This document shows positions 51,691 to 64,000 of a DNA stretch of 64,000 bases, piece after piece (the first letter of the stretch is position 1; each line of letters begins with the position of its first letter). The notes under the pieces were generated by a model. The model searched no databases. It saw nothing but the letters and a program-made list of their open reading frames with translations, and was not told the DNA's origin. The translations under genes and the position numbers were made by a program. This stretch comes from Octopus vulgaris (Eukaryota), in the NCBI GenBank assembly GCA_951406725.2, contig OX597820.1:23994001-24058000 (forward strand), written 5' to 3'.

Positions 51691-51912
51691 CAGTAACCCC
51701 TCGCCATATCGCGGTTTATCTATCGCGGTTTATTATTCAAGCTTACGCCGATTTCTCCCTGGTGTTGCTTTGCATTTATAATAAAATAAATATATATAAA
51801 AATTATGAAAATAAAAAAGAATATGCAGTACAGTACTGTTTCTACTTCGCGGATTATCACTTATCGCGGGGGGTTTGGGAACGCAACACCCGCGATAGTC
51901 GACGGATTAATG
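51691..51912. mobile_element. Tigger/pogo-like MITE (second copy)
   Basis: Colinear with 21576-21796. Confidence 0.8.
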
Positions 51913-53600
51913 TATCTTGATTCACCCACCGTTAGACGACGTATGAGGGTTCTGCAATTTCTTGTTGAACAACCATACAGAGGATTTCTTCAAAGTGATC
52001 AAAGCTCCCCCCACCCCACATCAAATCGACATTACCTGTACAGGTGCACGACATGCTACAAGTCAGATGACGAAATGATCGCAGAGAAATGTGAAATGAA
52101 GTGTTCTGCTCAAGAACACAACGCGAACCCACAAAGCCATGCACATTCACTACATTTTTATATAGATAGATAAATAGATAGATAGATAGATACATACATA
52201 AACACACGCAGTCACACACACACAAACACACACGCACAACATCATATTACATTCATGCACACACAAGTATACATGTATATTTGTGTGTGTTTTTCTGTAT
52301 CTATGTGTGTGTGTGTGTCGTTTACTTTCATTTCTCTAAAATCAAATGTGTCGATATATTTTCCATAAATCTGGCAAAGCCCTTTTATCTGAAAGTATTC
52401 GTAATGCTGTTGTTATAATTGCGCTATGATTAATTTTTGAGAACACAGTTAATGTCGAAATATAAATTATAATTAAAAAAAAAAGCAAACCCCCTCCCAA
52501 AAATAGAAATTAAAAAATATAAAAAGTTTACAATGTGTACGTCTAAAAATAAATGGTTTTTAATTTCATCTTCGTTTTCCGTTTACAACTTGATTTATAT
52601 CTAAATACAAAATTATCTCAAAACAGAAACACATTTTTCCTTGTTTTATCCAAAAAAAAAGGAACCTTTTAAACTATCATTATCCTCGTTCACGGACACG
52701 ATGCAATCTAGAGATGATATCATCGAACTAATTCTTGTAAGTTGATATCAAACACTCAAAGACGGATATTGAGACAATGAGGGAAGGCTCATTGCTTAAC
52801 ATGCTTGAAACGGCAGTAAAATCTCCCTCAATAACCTCTAATAACCTCTAATAGCTTACCGAACTTTCTAAGAGAACGGGCCCACCAGTCCCTGAGACCA
52901 TGTCTGAAAATAGATGGAATGACCATGCCAGAAATATCCCGCTCATTTAGAGGAACAATAATGATAAAAATATGATATAGACGGCTGTATAGTTCATAAT
53001 ATCGCTTCGCAACCACGCAGTTTCGGGTTCAGTCTCACCGCACGTTACCTTCATCAAGTGTCTTCTACTATATCAAAACCATTTCTGCCTCTAGAGGATG
53101 TGTCACTATATATTACTAAATGGCAATTGAAAACTGCTCTATATGAAAAGGGGAGATAATCTTAAGAATCAAAGCTTCTCGGGAGTTGACATACTGTTAA
53201 AGAAAAGGAGGCTTATTGTCTGGAGATAAGAAGACAGTCGTGAGTGCGTGTTTCTGCCTGAATAGGCGTCATCAGCACGACAGTTTTTCTAAACTATCTC
53301 CAGCAGACAAGGAACATAGACATATACAAAAAGAGTAGAATCCATTTGTGGTGTAGAATGCATGTATGTATGTATGTATGTATGTATGTATGTATGTATG
53401 TATGTATGTATGTATGTATGTGCGTATCTTTGTAATTGTTCTCTACGCTTGGCAACTGATTTGCTTGCAACCCAGTAACCTGGCGGTTCGTCAAAAGTTA
53501 CTGATAGAATAAGTAACAAACTTACAGAAAATAGTATTGGGGTTGGTTCGATTAGATCGAATAAACCCTTCAGCACGGTACCCCAGCATGGCCCCATTTT

Positions 53601-53634
<34 letters not shown>

Positions 53635-53635
53635 C

Positions 53636-53708
<73 letters not shown>

Positions 53709-55171
53709 ATAGCAGCAGCAGTAGTAGTAGCTATAAACATCTCGTTTTTCCTACTATTTTGTTATTTTTTAAAAATCAGCATCTACATTGCTTACTTAGT
53801 CTATCCTTTATTTAAGATGATGGCTTGAAGAAATTTTGCTATTATTTCTTGCATATCAAATGATCACATATAGCCTCCTCCTCTTTAGGTCTCATATGAC
53901 GATATTGTTATAGCAGTACGAAGCTAATTGTTGTTTCGCACTTAATTTCATTTTAGCGAGATTGACACAGTGTAGAGAGGTTAAACGACTCGACTATGGA
54001 AAATGTATAGCACGTATCATGTGACACGAAATGTATTCCCGAAAGATAGACATAATTGCCACAACACACACACACACACACACACACACGCGCACACACG
54101 CATGCATACACACACCACAAGCATACAAACACACGTAAACACACAAACATACACGCAATCGCACACATGCAAACAGACGTGTACTCATATACACATTTTC
54201 TAAATTTACTTTTGTAACGATAAATACCCACGTATGTATGTATGTATGTATGTATGTATGTATGTATGTATGTATGTATGTATGTATGTATGTATGTATG
54301 TATGTATGTATGTATGTATGGCATGCATGTATGTATGTATGTATATATGTATGTATGTATGTATGTGTGTATATATATATGTATGTATGTATGTATGCAT
54401 GCATGTATGTATGTATGTATGTATGTATGTATGTATGTATGTATGTATGTATGCATGCATGCATGCATGCATGTATGTATGTATGTACTTTTGTATGTCA
54501 TTATTCAGTTTATTTCAAGATTTCTTGTCAATAGAGAAAGAACCGGTTTCTAACCTGGATCCAAGGCTCCTTCATTGGAATTTCAACAACAGGGTATCTT
54601 TGTTTGTATGTATTTATGTATATATGTGGAAATTTGTATGTTTTATGTATGTATTGTCATGCATATAGTTGCATATCTAGACATGCTTATATATTTTTAT
54701 ATGATAAACTTCCGGAAAATTTTACAGATTTTTACAGTTCCAGTGATGGATTGGTTTATGTATGTCTGTATGTTTGTATGTATGTATGTATGCGTGCATG
54801 TATGTATGTATGTATGTATGTATGTATGTATGTATGTATGTATGTATGTATGCGTGCATGTATATATGTATGTATGTATGTATGTATGTGTGTGTATATA
54901 TGTTATATATGATCATCTTCATGTATTGAGTATATGTATATATGTAAGTATGTATGCGCATATACATGTGAATACGTATATATGTGTATGCGCGTATGCA
55001 TGTATGTGAGCACGTATATTCAAATATGTGCAAATGTGTATATATGTATTTATGCGCGTATGCATGTGAGTACGTGTATATATATATGTATGAACGTATG
55101 TATGGATATACATATAATTATGTGTGTATATTTTCGCGTTGTTATGTGACATACAAATTTGGCGCAAGATT

Positions 55172-55560
55172 AATTTTTTTTGCTGTAGTTTCAGCTCTTA
55201 GCTGCAGCCATGCTGATGCACCGCTGTTTTGCTACACTGTTATTACTGACAGCCTCCTCCAATATGTGGCACTTGGTGAAGAATGGAGTTTGATGTAGCT
55301 ACCCTCATTTGCACCCCTTGGTGTGAGGTAGGTTCATCTGGGACTCTCGACAGGAAGATGTCCAGCTTTGATTTAAAAACGCCTAGATCTACTTTGTGTA
55401 GGTTCCTCAGGCTCTTTGGGAGAATATTAAAAAGCTGTGGGCCTCTGAAACCAAGGCTGTTGCAGTAGCTGGTCCCGAAGCGCGATGGCGTTACTGGGAT
55501 TTTTGGCACTATGCAGTGTTGTCCTGTTCTGGCATTGGTGTAGCTTTCAATGCCAAAAAA
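55172..55560 (-). mobile_element. CR1-group LINE 3' fragment (second family)
   Basis: NSLGFRGPQLFNILPKSLRN..FKSKLDIFLSRVPDEP..SNSILHQ resembles the C-terminus of 11615-14302. 3'UTR with CAGCT-AAG-AGCTG hairpin. Confidence 0.85.
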
Positions 55561-55654
55561 AAAAAAGTGTTCGCGGCCAGCTATGAGACACGAACTCACA
55601 CCTCCGTGATTACGCGTCGCGGTGCTCTGAACCAATTAAGCTAAAATCAGGGGC

Positions 55655-56680
55655 TTAGTCGACTAAATCCACCTCACTACTTAACTTGTACTTTATTTTG
55701 TTAACCCCAAAAGGGTGAAAAGCAAAGTTGACGTCAACCAGATTTGAACACAGAATGTAAAGGCTATCCAAACATTGAAATTGAAAAAATAAGAAATACA
55801 AGAACAAAAAACACAAGGCTATCAAGTTCAGGGGACGGTGTAAGTAGATTATATCGACCCAAGTTCTCAACTGGTACTTATTTTATCGATCGTAAAAGGA
55901 CGAAAGGCAAAGTCGACCTTGGCGGAATTTGAACTCAGAATGTAAAGACGGAGGAAATATCGCTATGCATTTTTGCCCGACGTGCTAACGATTCTACCAG
56001 CTTAAAGTTTCCAAATCCTATTGAATTTCTTTGTAACATGTAGTTCATTGTTGTCTGGATTTTATTAGTGATGGCCACTAATAGTGGAGTCAGATTATGT
56101 TGAATTAATCCAAACAGGTGTCATACAAGAAAAACGATTTGTACATATACATTCCTAGATACATGCCAACGTACACGAACACGCACATAAGTACACCTGC
56201 CCACACAAACACACACACACATACATACTTAGATTTATGTGTTGATATGAGTTTAAGAAAATAAGCGCATTAATCATTTTCTTCTGATAATTCACCTGCT
56301 TGGTCCTCACTTAGTCTCAGTGGATGTACGATGTTAATAATTTCTGATGCAGGGACAAGGCTGGCAATGTTTTGAGGTGAGGGCTGTTTTTGATCGGTAT
56401 TTTGTTTCATCGAACCCAAAAAACTAAAAAGCAAATCTGACCATAGGTGCGAATTGAACTCAGAGCGTTAGCAGGCAGTAGAAATACCTCAGGGTATTTA
56501 TTCTGGCGCTCTAACAATCCAATCAGCTCGTTGCCTTAAGCGGCCTTTACTTATCCAAACTAAAATGAACCAGTACCAGTTACGCACTGGCGTCGATGTA
56601 ATCGACTTAATCTCTTTGTCTGTCCTTGTTTGTCCCCTCTGTGTGTAGCCCCTTGTGGGCAGTAAAGAAATAAGAAACAT
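55655..56680. mobile_element. Cluster of SINE family A fragments
   Basis: Minus copies at about 55655-55760, 55850-56002 and 56390-56540; plus-strand tail at about 56572-56678. Confidence 0.7.
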
Positions 56681-56703
56681 ATAAACCAATGTACTTGTAT
56701 CGG

Positions 56704-56790
<87 letters not shown>

Positions 56791-56898
56791 ATGGGCAGAG
56801 GAGTGGCTGTGCGGTAAGAAGCTTGCTTTCCAATCACATGGTTCCTGGTTCAGTCGCACTGCGTGGCACTTTGGGCGTTTTCTACTATAACTTCTGCC

Positions 56899-56972
<74 letters not shown>

Positions 56973-57233
56973 ATTATGAGTTTCCGCACAGTTTCCTTCT
57001 ATTCATTCATAAAGCATTGGTCGTCTCGTGGGCTATTGTAGAAGACACTCAACCAAAAGTGCCGCGCAATTGATCTGAACCCGTATAACCACGTATTCGC
57101 ATATATGCATATCAATATTAATGCACATTTATATAGATAGCACTGAGTAGTATTCGTATTCGTACAAGTGCTAGAATTGATAGCAGTTGTAATATCCTCC
57201 TCCTCTTCCTCCTCATCATCATCGTCATCATCG

Positions 57234-57293
<60 letters not shown>

Positions 57294-57610
57294 GTAGTAG
57301 TAGTAGTGGTAGTAGTTGTAATATAAATGACAGTTGCAATAAACAATCGAAGAAGCGTTGATATTTCAATAACTCGATATCATGTATGACATACGAGATA
57401 AGCAACGAAATAAACTCGAGAGTTGATCACCGTTGGTTTCTTATCATGTGATTGTAACCTGGTACAAAAGACCGCTGATGAGTCAGAGAAAAGAAAAAGA
57501 CTCGGAGATTGAATCATTATGATAATGCAAGGCTTGGTCTGATTCTGACGTCTACCGCCATTGAAGATATTCTGCTGCCACAGCTACTGCTGCTGCTGCT
57601 GCTGGTGTTG

Positions 57611-57725
<115 letters not shown>

Positions 57726-57822
57726 ATTTTGAAGAAAGCAATTTACGACTAGCATTTGTAAGTATAAGTTAAAAAATTTGAGATCATTGGGGATGTTCAA
57801 ACTACCATGCTCTCTCTCTGTC

Positions 57823-57883
<61 letters not shown>

Positions 57884-58309
57884 TGTATATATACACATAT
57901 ATTCATATATATATATATCTATATATACATATATGTGTATATATATATATGTATATATGTGTATGTGTGTGTAAGTGTGTGTGTGTATATGCATGTTGTG
58001 TGTATATGTATGTATGTATGTATGCATGTATGTATGTATGTATGTATGTATGTATGTATGTATGTATGTATGTGTGTATGTATGTGTGCATGTATGTATG
58101 TATGTATGTATGTATGCATGCAAGTATGTTTATGTATATACATATGAAAAGCTTGTATTAGCGAGACTTATAAGTAAGCAATCTCTATTGATAAGAAATA
58201 TACGTCTGTACATACATACACTCATATATGCATATGTATATGTATGTATGCATGTATGTATGTATCTATATGTGTATGTATGTATATATATATGTATGTG
58301 TATATAACA

Positions 58310-58376
<67 letters not shown>

Positions 58377-59256
58377 ACACATATATATTTAAATGTGGAC
58401 ACATACACATATACAGTTATGCGCGTATAGATATGTAGATATGCAGAAGGTAGATAAAAGGGATAACTAGATGAATGGCTACATGGCCATAAATCAAGAA
58501 TTGATGCTTATATCTCATACTTACTCGTGGTTATCTTCGTTCTTCGTCTCATACAGCTGAATCATAATTTTTTATCAGCAAAATTGCGATGCAGTGAGAA
58601 AGCGGGTGAGAGAGTGAGAAAGAGAGAGAAGGAGAGAGAGAAAGAGAGAAAGAGGAAGGGAAGAGGAGAGAGAAAGAGTGAGAGAGTGTGATAAGTTAAT
58701 ATGGCGCTGTTAGTAATAACGTGTGCTGCTGCTCAGCTCGACTCAAAACACAAATCAATTAAACGAGCAACAGTTGAACTGGTTGTTCTCTATAAGGATG
58801 AATAAAAACTTGGATCGCCCGTGAATTCTATCTAGCGATATTCCATAACGATATAGGATTTAGCTTTATCACGCATATTTCATCAATATTTTGTGAACAA
58901 GCCCTTCTTTTTTTTTCGCCCCACCGCCTCTGATGATGAATAAAACCTCTTTCTATTTTGTCCTATTGATCGACATGTTATATATTGCCATTAAAACCAT
59001 TTCGGTGATCAGCTTGACGTGTCAGTAACTTAAGAATATTCAAGATTTTTCTACTTTTACTAGTATCAGTGAAAGTAAAATGATGAAGCCCGTATTGGAA
59101 AACAGTTATGAAAAAGAAAGGGAAAAAAGGCAGAAAAAGGAACAGAAAAAATGTGAGCCTTTATGTGGCCACTGAACCTGTTAGAAATAGCAACCGATTC
59201 TCATTCAAACCGTATTAACACTGTTTATTTTTAAAGGAAGAACGCATTGGATACAT

Positions 59257-59495
59257 ATATATTTCTTTACTACCCACAAGGAGCTAAACATAGAGGGGGC
59301 AAACAAGGACAGACAAACGGATTAAGTCGATTACATCGACCCCAGAACGTAACTGGTACTTATTTTATCGACCTCGAAAGGATGAAAGGCAAAGTCGACC
59401 TCGGCGGAATTTGAACCCAGAACACGTAACGGCAGACGAAATACGGCTACGCATTTCGCCCGGCGTGCTAATGATTCTGCCAGCTCGCCGCCTTA
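59257..59495 (-). mobile_element. SINE family A, full length with 13-bp TSD
   Basis: GCATTGGATACAT at 59244-59256 and 59496-59508. Confidence 0.95.
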
Positions 59496-59527
59496 GCATT
59501 GGATACATTTAGTTCTAAATACTCTAT

Positions 59528-59903
59528 ACCTTTTACCTTTTACTTCAGTCATTAGATTGTGGCCATGCTGGGGCTCTACACTGAAAACTTTTTTATCGAA
59601 TGGATCGACCCCCAGTACATAGTTTTTCTTTAAGCCTGGTACTTAATCAATCGGTTCTTTTGCAGAAATGCTAAGTTACGGGGACGTAAGCACACTAACA
59701 CCGGTTTTCAAGCGGTGGTCACACACAATATATATACACACGACGGGCTTCTTTTCAGTTTTCGTCTACCAAATCCATTCACAAGGCTTTGGTCGGTCTG
59801 CGGCTATAATAGGAGACACTTAACCAAGGTGTCACGCAGTGGGTCTGAACCCAGACAATGTGTTTGGGAAGCAAGCTTCTTACCAGACAGCCACGCCTGC
59901 GTC
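59528..59903 (-). mobile_element. SINE family B, near full length
   Basis: Reverse complement of family B. Confidence 0.85.
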
Positions 59904-60153
59904 TATGTAAAAAAGTACAAGACGGTCATGGTTGGAATCCAGAATATCTTCGATTATAGATTTTCTCGATTATAGTTGGAATGGAATCATTCCAACTAAT
60001 CTGTGTGAAGTGTCGTGTTAGTAACTTTAAAAAATCAAGACTTTTCTATTTTTACTAGTATCAGGTAAAGCAGAGAAAGGGTGAAAGAGAGAGAGAGAGA
60101 GAAGGAGAGAGAGAGAGGGAAAGAGAGAGAGAGAGGGAAAAGAGAGAGAGAGA

Positions 60154-60194
<41 letters not shown>

Positions 60195-60331
60195 GGGAGA
60201 AACGTATACTTGTATTTCGGACGAGTGAAAAAGCATAATGCATTAAGTGGAGTTTAAGAGTTTAAGAGAAAGAGAAAGAGAGAGTAAAAGAGACACAGAG
60301 AGAATCAATATAAGTGGTTCAGGAAGAGTGC
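59811..60331 (+). repeat. Local duplication, copy 1 (copy 2 at 63418-63872)
   Basis: SINE B head + unique sequence + (GA)n + AGAGAATCAATATAAGT.GTTCAGGAAGAGTGC repeated 3.6 kb downstream. Confidence 0.9.
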
Positions 60332-60571
60332 ACATATGAGGTTTGGTGGGAGGCAATGAACGAAGGAATGCTATACACATAGAGTGAGAAAGAGAGGATC
60401 ATCGAAACAGGAGTAGGAGGAAACGACGGAGCTGTTATGGCAGGTGTTATACAAATGAAAAATTTGTCTCATTTAGTTTTATTTTAAAGTAAACCAAGGT
60501 TTGAAAATTAGTATTCATTTCATCGTTTTGTCTAAGCACCAAGAAATTTGATAAAAGTTAAAGTATAATCA

Positions 60572-60592
60572 TCTGTATATATAAAAAGCAGG

Positions 60593-60639
<47 letters not shown>

Positions 60640-61025
60640 AATGTAATTTATGCACGTCCACAAATTAGCACGCATGTCGCTTCAATTTTAGGAGAACATT
60701 CGTCATGATCCTAGCTGTATTTTCGTCAACTTATTTTCCCCAGAGGCACCAGCGAATAGCAGTAAAAATAAATTTTCAACCAAAACATTTTAATAATTTT
60801 CAAGTCAAAGAAATCACCATTGTTTGCAAACAGGAGTTAAGTCCTCTTCTAGCGACGAGTAAGTTTTTGTTAAAACTTTTGTGGTTTTTTTCCATCGAGG
60901 AAAAAAGTGTTTTGTTGATATACGGGCAACACCCCCCCCCACACACACATGAACATGTATTCGTACAAAAAACATGTATGCTATAAGTGTACGTACGTAC
61001 GTGTGTGTTGCATAAATATATATAC

Positions 61026-61069
<44 letters not shown>

Positions 61070-61218
61070 ACACACACATATATATATATATATAAACCAA
61101 TTTCAACGGATTTCGCCCAAATTTGACGTCGATGTTACTTAGTTTGGTTTGAAATAAAGAACTTGATTAGCTTAATAATCCTAACTTAATCCCGGACAAA
61201 GCCGGGTTATACTGCTAA
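60572..61218 (+). mobile_element. Non-autonomous Helitron-like element
   Basis: A|TCTGTATATATAAAA plus (TG)n; 3' hairpin CCCGG-ACAAAG-CCGGG, then CTAA|T. Confidence 0.75.
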
Positions 61219-62415
61219 TTATATATAAACCATATTTCCTAATATTACCCATGGTGCTATAGACATACTTCTAAAGTTACCTGTTTAATGACGGGTAACA
61301 TTTTTCTCTGTTAATATTGTTTAATGATATCATTTAAAAAATATTTCATTTTATACTCTGCAAACTCAGCATATGCATTTTAAAATGTTTACATTTAATT
61401 AAATAATTTCTCAATGAACAATGTTCCCAGTTAAGGTTCTGTTTTCATATTATGACATATATTTCACATTGTGATGTCTACTATTTCTATTAGGTCGTGC
61501 AATCGCGTAAAAGCTTTATTTGTGAATATGTGTGTGTATATTAATAATATTTATGACAGATTAAAAAAAATAATTTTGTCCCTATGTTAGCTTAACATTT
61601 CAACGAAATATCATAATCATAATCCTGATACATAAACAAAGGAGTTGATGATAAATTTCAGTGAGTTGATTTTATTCACAATAAAGAATGTTTTCATTGC
61701 TTTTTTCAAAAAAAAGTTCTCAGTCGTTTTTATATAAACCAATATTTAAGTGGTAAATAATATATTTACTTTTCAAACAGCATAATCGACTATTTAACCG
61801 ATCGAAGAATTTTGAAAAGAGGTTTACCTATTGTATATGAGAGTGAAATATAAATGGCGTTTTTTTTTTGTTGGATACGTAGGAGGAAAAATAAACTTTG
61901 ACCAAAAATAAAACACAAACCATATTTCTCCTTATGTTCATATGTGAATTCAATGAAAAAATTGTATTTACTGTTTATTTAAATTTCATTGAAATACTTT
62001 TTACAGCCTCAGTTTCTAACTCCGCCAACGAACGCTGGCCGTGTCTGTATAAATTATTATTGTTTGAGTGGTTGAATATTTACTTGTGATTTGCCACCCA
62101 TTGTTCAGTTCAAGAGTTCATTTATTTCTTGTAGTAGCACGTCGATAGTGTGATTGAAATTCGTACCTTTATGACCTCGTGTAAATAGCTTTAGACAAAC
62201 TGTCATATCAATTTCTCTCGGCTATCCTATTTTTTTGTTTCATTTTTATTTGCCTCCCTGTTCTTTGCACTCGCCATTTTCATGCTCGAGAAGACAGACA
62301 GTTTTGCATTTTTGGTCGCGATTGTATTAGTACTGGTAGAGAATCCTAATAAATTATATCAAAAATCTATTTTGTGTAATCTTTATAATTTCATGTCCGG
62401 GTTATGGTAGCTGCG

Positions 62416-62533
<118 letters not shown>

Positions 62534-62666
62534 CTTCTTCTTCTTCTTCTTCTTCTTCTTCTTCTTCTTCTTCTCCTCCTCCTCCTCCTCCTCCTTCTTC
62601 TTCTTCTTCTTCTTCTTCTTCTTCTTCTTCTTCTTCTTCTTTTTCTTTTTCTTCTTCTTCTTACCG

Positions 62667-63255
62667 AGGCGGCGAGCTGGGAGAATCGTTAGCACGGCGG
62701 AAGAAATGCTAAGCGGTGCTTCGTCTGCCGCTACGTTCTGAGTTCAAATTCCGCCGAGGTCGACTTTGCCTTTCATCCTTTCGGGGTCGATAAATTAAGT
62801 ACCCATTATGCACTGGGGTCGATATAATCGACTTAACCCGTTTGTCTATCCTTGTTTGTCCCCTCTGTGTGTAGCCCCTTGTTGGCAGTGAAGAAATAAG
62901 AATCGTCAGTAGGCCGGGCAAAATGCTTAGTGGCATTTCGTCCGTCTTTATGTTCTGGGTTCAAATTCCGCCAAAGTCAACTTTGCCTTTGATCCTTTCG
63001 GGGTCGATAAAATAAGTACTAGTTGAGCACTGGGGTCGATGTAATCGACTTACTCCCTCCACCTAAATGTCAGGCCTTGTGCCTTTAGTAGAAAGGATTA
63101 TTATTATTAAGGCGGCAAGCTGGCTGAATCGTCAGCATGCCGGGCAAAATGCTTTACGGTCTGAGTTCAAATACCGTTGAGATCGTCTTTGCCTTTCATT
63201 TTTTTGGGGGGTCAATAAAATAAGAACCGAACAAGTACTGGGGTCGATGTAATTG
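62667..63255 (+). mobile_element. Head-to-tail trimer of SINE family A
   Basis: Copies at about 62667-62898, 62899-63108 and 63109-63255; the second has an alternative tail ending (TTA)n. Confidence 0.88.
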
Positions 63256-63417
63256 TTAACCACTATATCTAGCTTTCGATAATTAATTTTATGTTCACAT
63301 TGGATCATTACGCCCCACAGTAACGTTACTTTACCAAGTCATTCTCGAATACTCCTTCTGGGGTTTTACACACTACATTTTTTCTCTTTCCAATCCATAC
63401 TTGCCACACATTTTTCT

Positions 63418-63722
63418 AGGAGACACTTAACCAAGGTGTCACGCAGTGGGTCTGAACCCAGAACCATATGTTTGGGAAGCAAGCTTCTTACCAGATAGCC
63501 ACGTCTGCGTCTATGTAAAAAGTATAAGACTGTCATGGTTGGAATCCAGAATACCTTCGATTATAGATTTTCTCGATTATAGTTGGAATGGAATCATTCC
63601 AACTAATCTTGGTGAAGTGTCGTGTTAGTAACTTAAAAGAAATCAAGACTTTTCTATTTTTACTAGTATCAGGTAAAGCAGAGAAAGGGAGAAAGAGAGA
63701 GAGAGAAAGAGAGAGAGAGAGA

Positions 63723-63802
<80 letters not shown>

Positions 63803-63872
63803 ATGAATGAGAGGGAAAGAGAGTAAAAGAGAGATACAGAGAGAATCAATATAAGTAGTTCAGGAAGAGTGC
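63418..63872 (+). repeat. Local duplication, copy 2
   Basis: Colinear with 59811-60331 but lacking the 48-bp insert. Confidence 0.9.
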
Positions 63873-64000
63873 GTCTCCCAGTGGATTATTCTGGAGACAT
63901 TATTGTATCTTCATTTGTATACATTGGACCAGCTTCCCGCATTCATTCCAATATAGCATGCAGTGTCACCTTTATCACCGCAATCCTTTCACTTCTCTGT

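Noticed and set aside
54540-54585. GAAACCGGT motif on the minus strand (similar at 28845-28890, 29190-29235, 46339-46378, 6733-6745)
   Set aside because: Core or helices are too degenerate to call, although they may be older HHR relics.
57476-57510. CTGATGAGTC..GACTC as a hammerhead
   Set aside because: No GAAA after helix II and no helix III.
58695-58910. Unique-looking non-coding islands (also about 61995-62330) as enhancers or exons
   Set aside because: No support from sequence alone; needs conservation or chromatin data.

Overview
AT-rich eukaryotic DNA, extremely dense in microsatellites and transposons. The SINE families resemble those of octopus/cephalopods (inference, not verified). 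There is no complete host gene, only a possible terminal exon at 1466-1605 (-), and almost all listed ORFs are microsatellite artefacts. Real coding content is transposon-derived: a 5'-truncated but uninterrupted CR1-group LINE (11614-14390), two R4/Dong-clade LINEs next to (TAA)n, an L1/Tx1 3' fragment, RTE and CR1 tails, a Penelope GIY-YIG relic, a full-length mariner with TIRs, and Tc1, DD37D and mariner fragments. Non-coding elements include Helitron-like elements, Tigger-like MITEs, a mini-LTR with a tRNA-Ser PBS and many tRNA-derived SINEs. The strongest hidden signal is about 15 minimal type I hammerhead ribozyme (HHR) motifs. They include near-intact copies, U3:A8 covariant cores, one HHR behind a tRNA-like Pol III head, one in a 358-bp direct-repeat (retrozyme-like) unit, and several in fold-back structures upstream of a shared 'P-x(4-5)-CFxTR' start peptide. 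Two SINE families also share 3' tails with LINEs in the same window. All alignments and folds were read by eye.
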